A stretch of DNA of 64,000 bases, taken from Eledone cirrhosa. Its lineage: Eukaryota. The DNA is taken from assembly GCA_964016885.1 (NCBI GenBank), contig OZ024740.1:250852001-250916000 (forward strand). The letters are read 5' to 3'. The position numbers and the translations under genes were made by a program. This document shows positions 1-10,419 of this stretch, one piece after another. The notes under the pieces were generated by a model that had not been told where the DNA came from, ran no database searches, and saw nothing but the letters and a program-made list of their open reading frames with translations. Position 1 is the first letter of the stretch, and each line of letters starts with the position of its first letter.

Positions 1-135
1 ACCACCACCACCCAACGCTTCAGAACTAGCACCAGCGCCTACACCATCCACCACACCACAACCAAAGCTAACGGCTGTGGAGGATTTTCCACTCCCCGGC
101 CTATCACAACTGGAGACAGATTGTGACGACGAGGA

Positions 136-720
136 GTGGGAAACGATATCCGGAAAAAAAAAAGAAACCAAAAAAGAAAAAATTCTCTTCCTTCCCCCTC
201 CAAAAACAAAATACAGAGGGAAACAAATAAACTAAGAAACAAAAAAGTTAGGACAGATATGCCACCATCCACACCAGCATCACCAACCCCATCAACCCAA
301 ACACCAACACCATCACCATCATTATCCCCAGCACCACCATCACCTACACCACAAAAGTCACCAAAATGCGAAACAGAAACAAACCCACAACAAACGCAAA
401 CAAAACAAAACAACCAAAACGATACACACTACACAGCATTAAATTTGAACAACAAGCAATTATTACACTACATCCAACACAACACCAGCATCACAGAAAA
501 AGACTACACAACAACCCCCAAATTCACACCACCTCCACACATACAAATCACTCGCATCACACAGAAAACGTACATGACACTAAAACAAAAATTCCCCAAA
601 GACATCGGAGACTTCCGACAAGCACTCTCCAGGAGGATTTATAAGGACATCCTTCCTGAGGAGGCCACAAGCAGTGAAAAGGATGGAAAAGCCGTCCTTC
701 CCCTACGAGAAGTAAGGTAA
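136..720 (+). pseudogene. C-terminal part of Tx1 ORF1 (K/R-rich NLS-like run, Pro/Thr/Ser-rich linker, conserved C-terminal block)
   Basis: The peptide ...KQKFPKDIGDFRQ.LSRRIY recurs in copies B, D and G, downstream of a CCHC knuckle seen in B and G; frame is broken at an A-run. Confidence 0.75.
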
Positions 721-782
721 GTGGTCTTTCCCATCTTTTCCACTCCTTTTCAACATGACCTCACTCAGAATAGGCAGCATAA

Positions 783-3700
783 ATGCGCGTGGGGTCGTCA
801 TGGAAGCAGGGCCACCTCAGGTCACTAAACATAGATGTAGTGGCCATCAGCGAGACCAGAATCTCCGAAGCACAGGCTTTCGCACCGATCTTCGGCGGCT
901 ACGATGTGTACGCATCTCCCAGCCATCCGGGATCGGGGGGAAGAGTTGCTGTGCTTTTTCGGAGAGGTTTGGATCTTGCCATACGGGCCATCTTCCTGGA
1001 CCCAGAAGGTAAGTTGGTGGTGCTGGACGTGACCAGCGGAGACGGGCAAGCTTTCAGGTTAGTGGCCGTCTATACCCCGACAGGAGCAGGGCGGCCTGAT
1101 TTCTTCCGGCGTCTGGAGACCTTTCTTGGAACGTCCCGCTCTTTAGTGTTAGTGGGCGACTGGAACGGGATCTTAGATGCACGCTGGGATTGTGTGGGAT
1201 TAGTGGATAGGGAAGGAGGGTGCAAGAGTCTCACCAACCTGCTCAGACGTTTTGAACTGTCTGACAGGTACCGAATGGATTTCCCGAATGTACCAATGTG
1301 GACTTGGACAAATCGCATAGGGTCATCCAGATCATATCTAGATAGAGTATTTTGTAGGGAAATAGATAGGTCTAGCATAGGCTGTCCACAATTCAAGATA
1401 GTCAGCTACACGGACCACAAATTCGTGATCTGTGTGCTTGACTTAGATAGGCTTCATAGACGAGGACCCGGCTACTGGAAGTTAAACGCGTCCTTAGCAG
1501 CGCGCAAGGCCTACAGAGACCGGATTAGCGAACTAGTTAAGCGGGCGTTGACGGGGGCCATCGTCAACAACAAGTGGTGGTTTGCTCTGAAAAGAGCAAT
1601 TAGAATAGAGTCCATTAGGTTTAGTAAGACTTTAGCAATAGAGAAAAATAGAGCAGAGGGAGAATTAGTTAGAAAATTAGATGAGGCGCTTAGCAAAGGC
1701 ATCGCGACCGACGTACTTGCGGCGAAATTGGCCCTTGACCAATTCTTCAATGCAAAGCACGAAGGCTGCGTTGTCAGAGCTAGGGTGCGTGCTCTCAGAC
1801 ACGAGGGGACGAAAGCCGTTCAATGGGCCCGAGTGGCGGAGGCGCGTCGTGGCAACAAAGCCACGATCCGGTCTTTGGTGGACCACGACGGGCGCATGCT
1901 ACTCGATCCCGGGCAAATGTGTGAAGCTTTTCAGCGACACTTCGCTCAACTGTTCGGGGGCAGTGGCGGGCCGGATCGAGGGATGGACTTTAGTGTCTAC
2001 CTCGACGGACTGCCGCGGATTTCGGCCACTGAGGCGGAGTGTTGCGAAAAGCCGATAACAACCGCTGAAGTACGGGATGCAATGACTAGTTGCACAAGGG
2101 GTAAATCGCCTGGTTTGGATGGTCTGTCCTATGAACTTTACGTACAAATGCCAAACTTGTTCGGAGGCCTCTTGGCGGACGTCTACTGCAACTGGCAACA
2201 GAACGGGAGAATTCCCAGCTCTGTGAGCCGAGGAGCGGTGGCGCTGCTGAGAAAGGATCCGAACAAGGGGGATAACATAGATAATTTTAGACCCATAACT
2301 CTGCTAAACACAGAATTCAAGATTTTGGCCAAGGTGCTAGCAAAGAGGTTGGCGCTTGTCGTTGGTGGTCTGGTGGGAGAGCCACAGACATGCGCCATTC
2401 CCGACAGATCCATCCACGACAACCTCCACCTCATGCGATACATCGTAGAGAGGGTAGCTAGGGAACCTGGCACGGGTGGGTCTTTGATCAATTTAGATCA
2501 GTCGAAAGCCTTCGATAGGGTCGACCATCGTTACCTAGCGGCAGTCCTGAGGGCGGCTGGCTTTGGGCCCGTCTTCAGAGGCTGGATCGCTGCCATGCAC
2601 AGCGACATCTGCTCTGTAGTGAGAGTGAACGGTCACCTTTCGGAACCGTTCAACATCATGCGCTCGGTCCGCCAAGGATGTCCCCTCTCGTCCCTATTGT
2701 ACGTATTGACTCTCGAGCCATTACTGCACAAACTGGAGACGTTGAGGGGGGTCCCGCGCGAACTAGGATGCGGAAGATCCGTGTCAGCATATGCCGACGA
2801 TGTCACCGTAGTGGTGTCGAACGCCAAACACATCGAGGCGATCGGCACTACACTAAGAGAATACGAAGCGGTGACAGGAGCAATGATCAACCCGGAAAAG
2901 TCAGTGGGCCTGCAGCTCGGGACCTGGAGAGGCAGGTCCATACCGTCCAACAGCGTCGTCGGGCGCTGGACGGACGGACCGGTTAAATTGCTAGGGGTCT
3001 GGTTCGGTCCAGACCTCCAGACGGACAAAAACTGGGACGAGGTGACGAGCAGGGTGGCTTCTCTCACCCAGAAATGGGCCGAGAGGAAGCTATCCCTGAA
3101 AGGTCGAGCGGGGGTGGCGAATGCGTACATCGCATCCGTCATCTACTACCGCCTGACCGTCGTACCTTGTCCTAAGCCCCGCCTGACTGCGCTGGAGCGT
3201 TTGCTCTTTCGCTTCTTGTGGAAGGGACGCGCTCCGATGGTCAGGCGGTCCATCTGCTGTCAACATCCGCTACGTGGAGGGCTGGGCATGTCGTGGCTGA
3301 TGATGCGCAGACACGCGCTCAGGCTACGACATCTCCACCTCTTCCTCGACGGTGATCAGGTGTGGTCGCCGTTTGCAAGACACGTTTTTCCCCAGCTCGT
3401 CTCCTTGACGGAGCTGCAGTCCTGTGTCAAGCGAAGACCGAGAGGGAGCGCTTGGAGACTGGAATGTCTTCAGGCGCTCACAGCCCTCGACCAATCGGGC
3501 AATGTGATCGGTGGAAACTCCACCTTGGCGTTCTATAGGGGATTAGTGGAGGGGAAGAGCGACGACGTACTTGGAGAAACTCTAGGCGTCGACGAAAATC
3601 AACTAGCCAATCTCTTCGGAAGGACTTTCGGGCCGGGGCCTATGGACAACTTCCAGAAATCCCTGGCTTTGCCAGTTCGGGATAAACTCTACAGGCATGG

Positions 3701-4037
3701 AGGTGCCGTCAGACGCGCATGTCCGAGATGCGCGCAGGGAGACGAAACCGTCCTGCACGCACTCGTCCAGTGTCCGAGCATTGCTGACTTGTGGGTTTAT
3801 GTCGAACACCTGCTGTCACGTGTAGGACGGATCCAGCTATCAGCTGAGTCCATCGTGAGGATTGCCCCGCCCCCTTCCTTTAGCCTGGAAGGGCAGGCAG
3901 TTTTTATCTGTCTGGTGGCCATGGCGAAAGAGATAGTATGGTGGACACGTTTGAAAGGGCTGAAGACGAGCACTTACCTCTTCGGTGATGCCCTGATTAA
4001 CTTTTTCAAATTTCATTTGAAAAGGAAATCAGGGTAG
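783..4037 (+). CDS. Tx1 ORF2 polyprotein: APE endonuclease + reverse transcriptase + C-terminal Cys/His finger
   Basis: APE motifs DVVAISET, LVGDWN, YLDR, TDHK; RT motifs KSPGLDGL, FRPITLLN, DQSKAFDRVD, VRQGCPLS, YADD; C-terminal CPRC...ETVLHALVQC. The true start is probably ATG 755 (MTSLRIGSINARG) with a frameshift near 795, and a second frameshift near 4030 extends the protein to about 4135. Confidence 0.92.
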   Translation: MRVGSSWKQGHLRSLNIDVVAISETRISEAQAFAPIFGGYDVYASPSHPGSGGRVAVLFRRGLDLAIRAIFLDPEGKLVVLDVTSGDGQAFRLVAVYTPTGAGRPDFFRRLETFLGTSRSLVLVGDWNGILDARWDCVGLVDREGGCKSLTNLLRRFELSDRYRMDFPNVPMWTWTNRIGSSRSYLDRVFCREIDRSSIGCPQFKIVSYTDHKFVICVLDLDRLHRRGPGYWKLNASLAARKAYRDRISELVKRALTGAIVNNKWWFALKRAIRIESIRFSKTLAIEKNRAEGELVRKLDEALSKGIATDVLAAKLALDQFFNAKHEGCVVRARVRALRHEGTKAVQWARVAEARRGNKATIRSLVDHDGRMLLDPGQMCEAFQRHFAQLFGGSGGPDRGMDFSVYLDGLPRISATEAECCEKPITTAEVRDAMTSCTRGKSPGLDGLSYELYVQMPNLFGGLLADVYCNWQQNGRIPSSVSRGAVALLRKDPNKGDNIDNFRPITLLNTEFKILAKVLAKRLALVVGGLVGEPQTCAIPDRSIHDNLHLMRYIVERVAREPGTGGSLINLDQSKAFDRVDHRYLAAVLRAAGFGPVFRGWIAAMHSDICSVVRVNGHLSEPFNIMRSVRQGCPLSSLLYVLTLEPLLHKLETLRGVPRELGCGRSVSAYADDVTVVVSNAKHIEAIGTTLREYEAVTGAMINPEKSVGLQLGTWRGRSIPSNSVVGRWTDGPVKLLGVWFGPDLQTDKNWDEVTSRVASLTQKWAERKLSLKGRAGVANAYIASVIYYRLTVVPCPKPRLTALERLLFRFLWKGRAPMVRRSICCQHPLRGGLGMSWLMMRRHALRLRHLHLFLDGDQVWSPFARHVFPQLVSLTELQSCVKRRPRGSAWRLECLQALTALDQSGNVIGGNSTLAFYRGLVEGKSDDVLGETLGVDENQLANLFGRTFGPGPMDNFQKSLALPVRDKLYRHGGAVRRACPRCAQGDETVLHALVQCPSIADLWVYVEHLLSRVGRIQLSAESIVRIAPPPSFSLEGQAVFICLVAMAKEIVWWTRLKGLKTSTYLFGDALINFFKFHLKRKSG

Positions 4038-4378
4038 AGAGGGAAGTGCTCTCTTCCCAGCATTTTGTTGAAAGATGGGTGAGAGAAGCAAGTATGGCCC
4101 GAATGAATGGGCCTTCTCTGAGTATGTGTCTGTAAATTAAAGGTGGAAAACTGGGAGAGGGCACTTGCCCTGGTGGTCAGGGCCACTGTGGTCTTTTAAT
4201 GGGCTTTCTCCACAAATGTCCCTTGGAAGTCTCCCCCCTATTGGGGAATTTTTCTTTGTTATTTTATTTCAACCTCTGTTTTTTTTACACGCAGAAATGC
4301 CCATTTGTACCGTCCTGTATTGTCCTGTACTGTCCTTAATGTCTACTTTATGGGAACCCTTGTGGTTAATAAAGAAAA

Positions 4379-4380
<2 letters not shown>

Positions 4381-4417
<37 letters not shown>
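4381..4417. repeat. (TTA)n microsatellite at a Tx1/R4 tail-to-tail junction
   Basis: Direct reading. Confidence 0.97.
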
Positions 4418-4575
4418 AGTTGCATTTATCTTGCTTTATGTTCATACGAGTTATCACCAAGTCACAACCAGTGACCTCAAGAGACAACAAGGTCCGCCAT
4501 GTTCAAGAAAGAACATACATATTCACACATCCATCTTTAGTGTTTAGACTTGTGATGTACTTATATTGACAGAAT

Positions 4576-5709
4576 CTACCTTAGTATATGGGCAGTTCTC
4601 ATTAGTACTATCTTTTGTATTTCTCCTATACGCGGGTTTCCTGGGATTTGCGATATGTAATCATTAGACCCCTTAGGTATCATTCCCAGAGCGCCTACAA
4701 CCACTGGTATTGTTTTAGTTCTCAATTTCCACAATTTTCCAATTTCTATCTCCAGGTCCTTATACTTGCTCAATTTTTCAAATGTTTTTATAGATACATT
4801 CTTGTCTATTGGAACAGACATATCAATTAGCAGGCATACCCTCTTTTGAAAGTCTTTCAATATTATATCAGGTCTGTTTGCATCTATTTTTCGGTCTGTT
4901 TGGATGCTAAAGTTCCCCAAGATTGAGATGTGATCTTTTTCAAGTATGGGAGGTGGTTGATGCTCCCACCAATTCTTTTGATGGGGCAGGTCAAAATGCT
5001 TACATATTATCCAATGTATGTATTGTGCAGCTCTGCCATGCCTGTTTAGGTATTTGGTTGGAGCTATAGGACTGCACATTGAAATTATATGGTCAATGGT
5101 CTCTGGTTGTTTTTTGCATACACGGCATAATGGGCTGCACCCATTTTTTATTATGTTGGCTTGGTAATTTTTTGTTGGCAGACACTGATCTTGTGTCGAT
5201 ATAATCAGTCCTTCAGTCTCCGATTTCAGTCCAGAGGATGCCAACCACTGATGGGTTAAAGTTTTGTCAACATCAGGATTGTTAGCTCGCTCTGGGTATT
5301 TTCCATACAGAGGCTTTTCTTGCCATTTCTTAGCCAGTTTCTGTAGCAGTTCTTTCTTTGCAGTTACTTTTACCTGCTTTGCTTTTTCTGTGTTTTCCAT
5401 TTCAGCAGTAAATGGAACTTCTGAAATTTGTAGTCCATTACTGTATCTTTGTGCATCTTTTGTAATGGAATATGATCTTTTGATGCTTTCGTGTTTCAAA
5501 ACGAGTTTGATCATCCAATCATGTGATTCCCTTAGATATGTAGATAATCCAATTGTTGCAGTTTTCAACGCAATGTCTAACTGGATTAACCCACGTCCTC
5601 CTTCTTTCCTAGGGAGATATATTCTATCTATATCTGCTTTAGGGTGATGCATTCTGTGCATGGTTAAGAATTTTCGAATTTTTCTCTGTGCTTGACCAGT
5701 TGATGACAT
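4576..5709 (-). pseudogene. R4/Dong C-terminal CCHC finger + restriction-like endonuclease
   Basis: CRVC...ETIDHIISMC, RH, RPDII...IDMSVP...K..KYKDL, PVVVGALG. Confidence 0.92.
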
Positions 5710-6598
5710 TGTAACTGTAGGTTACTACTGGTATGGCAAGCGTGTTTATGGCATCGATCCTATTCCTTGCATTCAATTCCGTTTTTAAGATTGCTCTCAC
5801 CCTGCGGTAACATTCCTTCCTTATCCTTTCCCTCATTGTCGAGTGCTTGATTCCGTCTCCTTCAGAAACACCTAGATATTTGTAATTTTTTTCTTGATCA
5901 AATTCTCTTATCACGTTCCCCCGATCAAGATTAATGTCTGAACTCTTCAGCAGCTTTCCTCTGGTGAACGTTGCTTTGGCGCATTTATCTAGTCCAAACT
6001 CCATTTTAATGTCATCACTGAACTGCTTCACAGTGGATAATAGCCTTTGCAATTGTTCATCATTTTTTGCAAATAGTTTCAGGTCATCCATGTAGAACAG
6101 GTGACTAATGGTTTTGTCATAGACTTTATATCCATGTTTTGTTTCATTGAGCATTTTACTTAATGGTATAAGTGCGATGCAGAATAAAAGCGGTGATAAA
6201 GAGTCACCCTGAAAAATTCCACACTTAATATTAACTTCTCCAGCTTCCAGTGATTTTGTTTCACTATTCAAAAGGAGTGTCGTTTTCCATGTCTTCATAC
6301 TGAATGACAAAAACCTCCTGACAAGGGGGGATACTTTGAAAATCTCTAAACATTTTTCAATCCAACTGTGTGGCAAACTATCGAATGCTTTTTTATAATC
6401 TATCCAAGCAATCGATAGATTTTTGTGTCTATTATGACAATCTTCCAGTATCATTTTGTTAACCAGAAGCTGATCCTTACAGCCATATGAGCCTCGTTTA
6501 CACCCTTTCTGCTCAATGGGAAATAGGTCATTTGTTATCAGGTGGTCATATGTGTATTCAGTTAGGACTGATGTTAAAATTTTATACATTGTGGTCAA
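5639..6598 (-). pseudogene. R4/Dong reverse transcriptase domain
   Basis: EQKGCKRGSYGCKDQL, WIDYKKAFDS, GIFQGDSLSPLLF, HLFYMDDLKL, FGLDKC, YKYLG. Confidence 0.92.
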
Positions 6599-9315
6599 GC
6601 AAGTTATCGGTCTGTAATTTTTGGGATTGTTTGTCTCATCATTCTTCGGAAGCAGGAATGTAATGCCGTTAACTAGCCATGAAGGTATCTTTTCTGGCTC
6701 CTTAACTATTTCATTGTAAAGTTGGGCTAACAGCTCATGAGACTCTGTGAAGGCATTTATCCAAAAGTTTTGTATTTTGTCTTTTCCTGGGGATTTCCAT
6801 TTGCTGGTTTTTCTGCCAAGCGCAACTGTTCAACTGTTATATTTTCCCATGTTTGTTTCTCAAGGTGAGCTGTATCTTTCATTTGTCTGTCTATCCATGG
6901 GGCATGTATGTTATGAACTTTTTCTTCGGCCCAGATCTTTTCCCAGAATTCTTGCACTTCCTCCTTGGGTGGTATTGATTTAGCAGTTATTGTTGACTTA
7001 CCAATTTTTCTGTAGAAGTTTCTTTGGTTGTTTTTGAACATATTATTGTCCTTATAGAATCTAGATCATTTTTCAAAGCGCCTTATACGAGCAGCTTTGG
7101 CCGACACTTTTTGCTTGATTATTTCTATCAGCATATCTATGTCACTTGTTGATTTTATACTGTACTTTTTTTTCAATTTTCTAAGTTTAGTTTGTTTAAC
7201 ATGTTCACCTACTTTATAGTTTGTTAAAATTTCTATGTCAGATCGGAGAAGGTTTATTTGGCGATTGATGTTCTCTTGCCAAGTAGATTTCTTGTGGGAA
7301 TTCCTTTGTTTTTTCATCTTCACTCCACATAAGTGAGTGGTGACTTTAGCCGATGCATAATAGAGATGATTTAAATCAGTAATGTTTGGTTTGTTTGTGA
7401 TGATAATGTTTTTGAGAATTATGTTAGTCTTGTGTATTATCTTTTGGTTCTGTTTGGAGTTCTGGATCTTAGGGAGGGTGTCTCGTTGCCCCATGTCAGA
7501 TTCTTTCATTTTCATCCATTCGATCATAATTTCATCCTTCAAGTTGGCAAGTTCATTCTCATTCATTTCTTTATCATTTACGATCTCCTTATTTTCATTT
7601 GGAGTTTCATCTTGAGCATGCACTCCCTCCACTTTTTCGATCCTTTCTTTAATTTGTCAGTGATTCCGCCCCAACCCTGGGATTCGAAGTGTTACAATTT
7701 ACCTCGTTTTCACTGACACATGTTTCATTTTCCCTTCGCTGACTTTGTGCTAATAGCTTGATCTGATCAATTTCTATATCAGTTAATAACTTTTTTCTTA
7801 CAATATTTCTTCGTATATTGGCTAGTTTGTTACTGTCAATATAGCCTCTGTTTTCGGGATGTTTCTTTTTCCAGTTGATATATGTCTGTTCTGTATTCGA
7901 TGTATTTGATGGGTAGTACATGGCAGTGTAGAAAGCCTCAAGGACTTCTTTATTATTTTCCCTTGACCATTTTTCTCTCTTTTTCTTTGGATTTCTTGGT
8001 GGTGAGCATGGAGGGCCAACAGTAGGAGTATTCCGGTTATGGGAGGTCTCCAGCTCCGAAGTGATGGGAAGGTTTGAACCATTAGCTGATTTTTCGACCC
8101 CAGTCTGGTTCCTCTCTGAGGGACGCGGCCCTTTTTTACCCGGGTGACGGCCGATCCGGTATGAGATTTTATCATTAGACATTTACTTTATTTTGTCGCG
8201 TTTTATCCTTATCCGCCAAGGGGTAATCATTTCGTGTTACCACTTCTAGAACGAGTGTCAACCAAGACTAGAGGGGTCGTTCTCCCCTAGAGACACGGCT
8301 ATTCCCCGCCGGCCGCCATCCCGGTATTTCTTGGTCACGGGTTTTCTTTTTGTTGTTTTTTTTTTAAATTGTTATTATCATGAGTGGTTCCTTAATGTGA
8401 GCATTGCGTGGCTTAAGAATGAAATTATTAATAATTGTCTCCACTCCAGGCACAAGGCCAGCAATCACCCAGTGCATTACAATAATATAATATACTTTTT
8501 GCTGAAGTTGCCTGTTATTGTTGTTGGCTATGTCGGTGGTGGTGCTGGGGATTTTTATATTGTTGGTGAGGAAGGGGGGAGCCAGCAGTGCCATATTTGT
8601 TGACGTTTGGCCGGTGGCCAGGTCACTAAGTCAATCTATTTATATCTTTTGCTAGCCTCTCCCTTGTCTAGTGATACCGCCACCTTCCCCTTTCTTAAGT
8701 TAACAGGGGAATAGTGGTGGTAGCAATGAAGGAGTGGTGGCGGCGGTGATGGGATAGTGGTAGCAATGATGGATGGAATGGTGGCGGCGGTGGCGTTGTC
8801 GTTACTGAGTTTTGTGATATGTAGTATCTATGAGTTTGTGTCGCGTATGTTTAATATATATTGTGTTGACATATTCCCGTAAAATTGGAATTAAACATTT
8901 TGTTAAAACTTGAGACAATAATAATAGTAATTATTATTATGATGCTGGGATTGGTGGTGGTGGTGGTGAAATTGCCGTTATCTGGCTGTTATATTTAGTG
9001 TGATGGGGTAGGTGGTGTATCAAGTTTCTGGTGTTGGTGAAATTGCTGTTATTTGGCTGTTCTATATACTGTAGACAGAGGGTGTTTTCTTCCATTTATA
9101 ACCATTTTCTTTTTTGAATAGAAAATATATAATACAAAATTGAATATTTGAGCGATATAACAATATAATATGGATCCGAAATTTTATGGGACTTGATTCG
9201 GTGGTTTATGCATCATTTGTACTAATAATTGTTATTTCACAATTGATTTAAATATGTTAAAAATCAAAAACTTACGGGAGCGATTTCATGACCTTCTACC
9301 ACCACGTGCGTCTTC

Positions 9316-9318
<3 letters not shown>

Positions 9319-9368
<50 letters not shown>
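9319..9368. repeat. (TTA)n microsatellite between two tandem R4/Dong copies
   Basis: Direct reading. Confidence 0.97.
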
Positions 9369-10410
9369 AGTTGCATTTATGTTCATACGAGTTATACCCA
9401 AGTCACAACCAGTGACCTCAAGAGACAACAAGGTCCGCCATGTTCAGGAAAGAACACACATATACACACACATGCATCTTTAGGTGTTTAGACTTGTGAT
9501 GTACAGAATCTTCCTTAGTATATGGCATGTTTGTTCCTCAAGGTGAGCTGTATCTTTCATTTGTCTGTCTATCCATGGGGCATGTATGTTATGAACTTTT
9601 TCTTCGGCCCAGATCTTTTCCCAGAATTCTTGCACTTCCTCCTTGGGTGGTATTGATTTAGCAGTTATTGTTGACTTGCCAATTTTTCTGTAGAAGTTTC
9701 TTTGGTTGTTTTTGAACATATTATTATGCTTATAGAATCGAAATCGTTTTCCAAAGCGCCTTATACGAGCAGCTTTGGCCGATACTTTTTGCTTGATTAT
9801 TTCTATCAGCATGTCTATGTCACTTGTTGATTTTATACTGTATTTTCTTTTCAATTTTCTAAGTTTAGTTTGTTTAACATGTTCACCTACTTTGTAGTTT
9901 GTTAAAATTTCTATGTCAGATCGGAGAAGGTTTATTTGGCGATTGATGTTCTCTTGCCAAGTAGGTTTCTTGTGGGAATTCCTTTGTTTTTTCATTTTCA
10001 CTCCACATAAGTGAGTGGTGACTTTAGCCGATGCATAATAGAGATGATTTAGATCAGTAATGTTTAGTTTGTTTGTATTGATAATGTTTTTGAGAATTAT
10101 GTTAGTCTTGTGTATTATCTTTTGGTTCTGTTTGGAGTTCTGGATCTTAGGGAGGGTGTCTCGTCTGGATCTTAGGGAGGGTGTCTCGTTCCAATTGCTG
10201 TTATCTGGCTGTTGTATTTAGTGTACACAGAGGGGTGGTAGGATAGGTGGTGTATTTAGGTTGTGGTGGTGGTGAAATTGCTGTTATCTAGCTGTTCTAT
10301 ATAGTGTAGACAGAGGGGGTTTTCTTCCATTTATAACCATTTTCCTTTTTGAATATAAAATTTATAATACAAAATTGAATATTTGAGCGATATAACAGGA
10401 TTTTATGGGT
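9369..10410 (-). mobile_element. Internally deleted second copy of the same R4/Dong element
   Basis: Near-identical to 4418-4594, 6848-7487 and about 8970-9190, joined together; RT and RLE are absent. Confidence 0.88.
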
Positions 10411-10419
10411 CTTCATTTC

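Larger units (their letters stand above)
1..4380 (+). mobile_element. Tx1/L1-clade non-LTR retrotransposon, copy A (5' end outside window), the most intact copy
   Basis: ORF1 tail, then APE-RT-zinc-finger ORF2, then a 3' UTR with AATAAA at about 4368, ending ...GAAAACA directly before (TTA)n. Confidence 0.93.
4418..9318 (-). mobile_element. R4/Dong-clade RLE non-LTR retrotransposon, near full length, frameshifted
   Basis: Collinear minus-strand ORF pieces 8182-7649, 7632-7066, 7041-6757, 6598-5639 and 5709-4576, with (TAA)n at both ends. The 8970-9190 segment also occurs in the second copy, supporting it as this element's 5' region. Confidence 0.88.

Noticed and set aside
150-185. Programmed frameshift at the A-run in Tx1 ORF1
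   Set aside because: The frame breaks at different positions in copies A, D and G, so homopolymer indels or sequencing errors explain it better.
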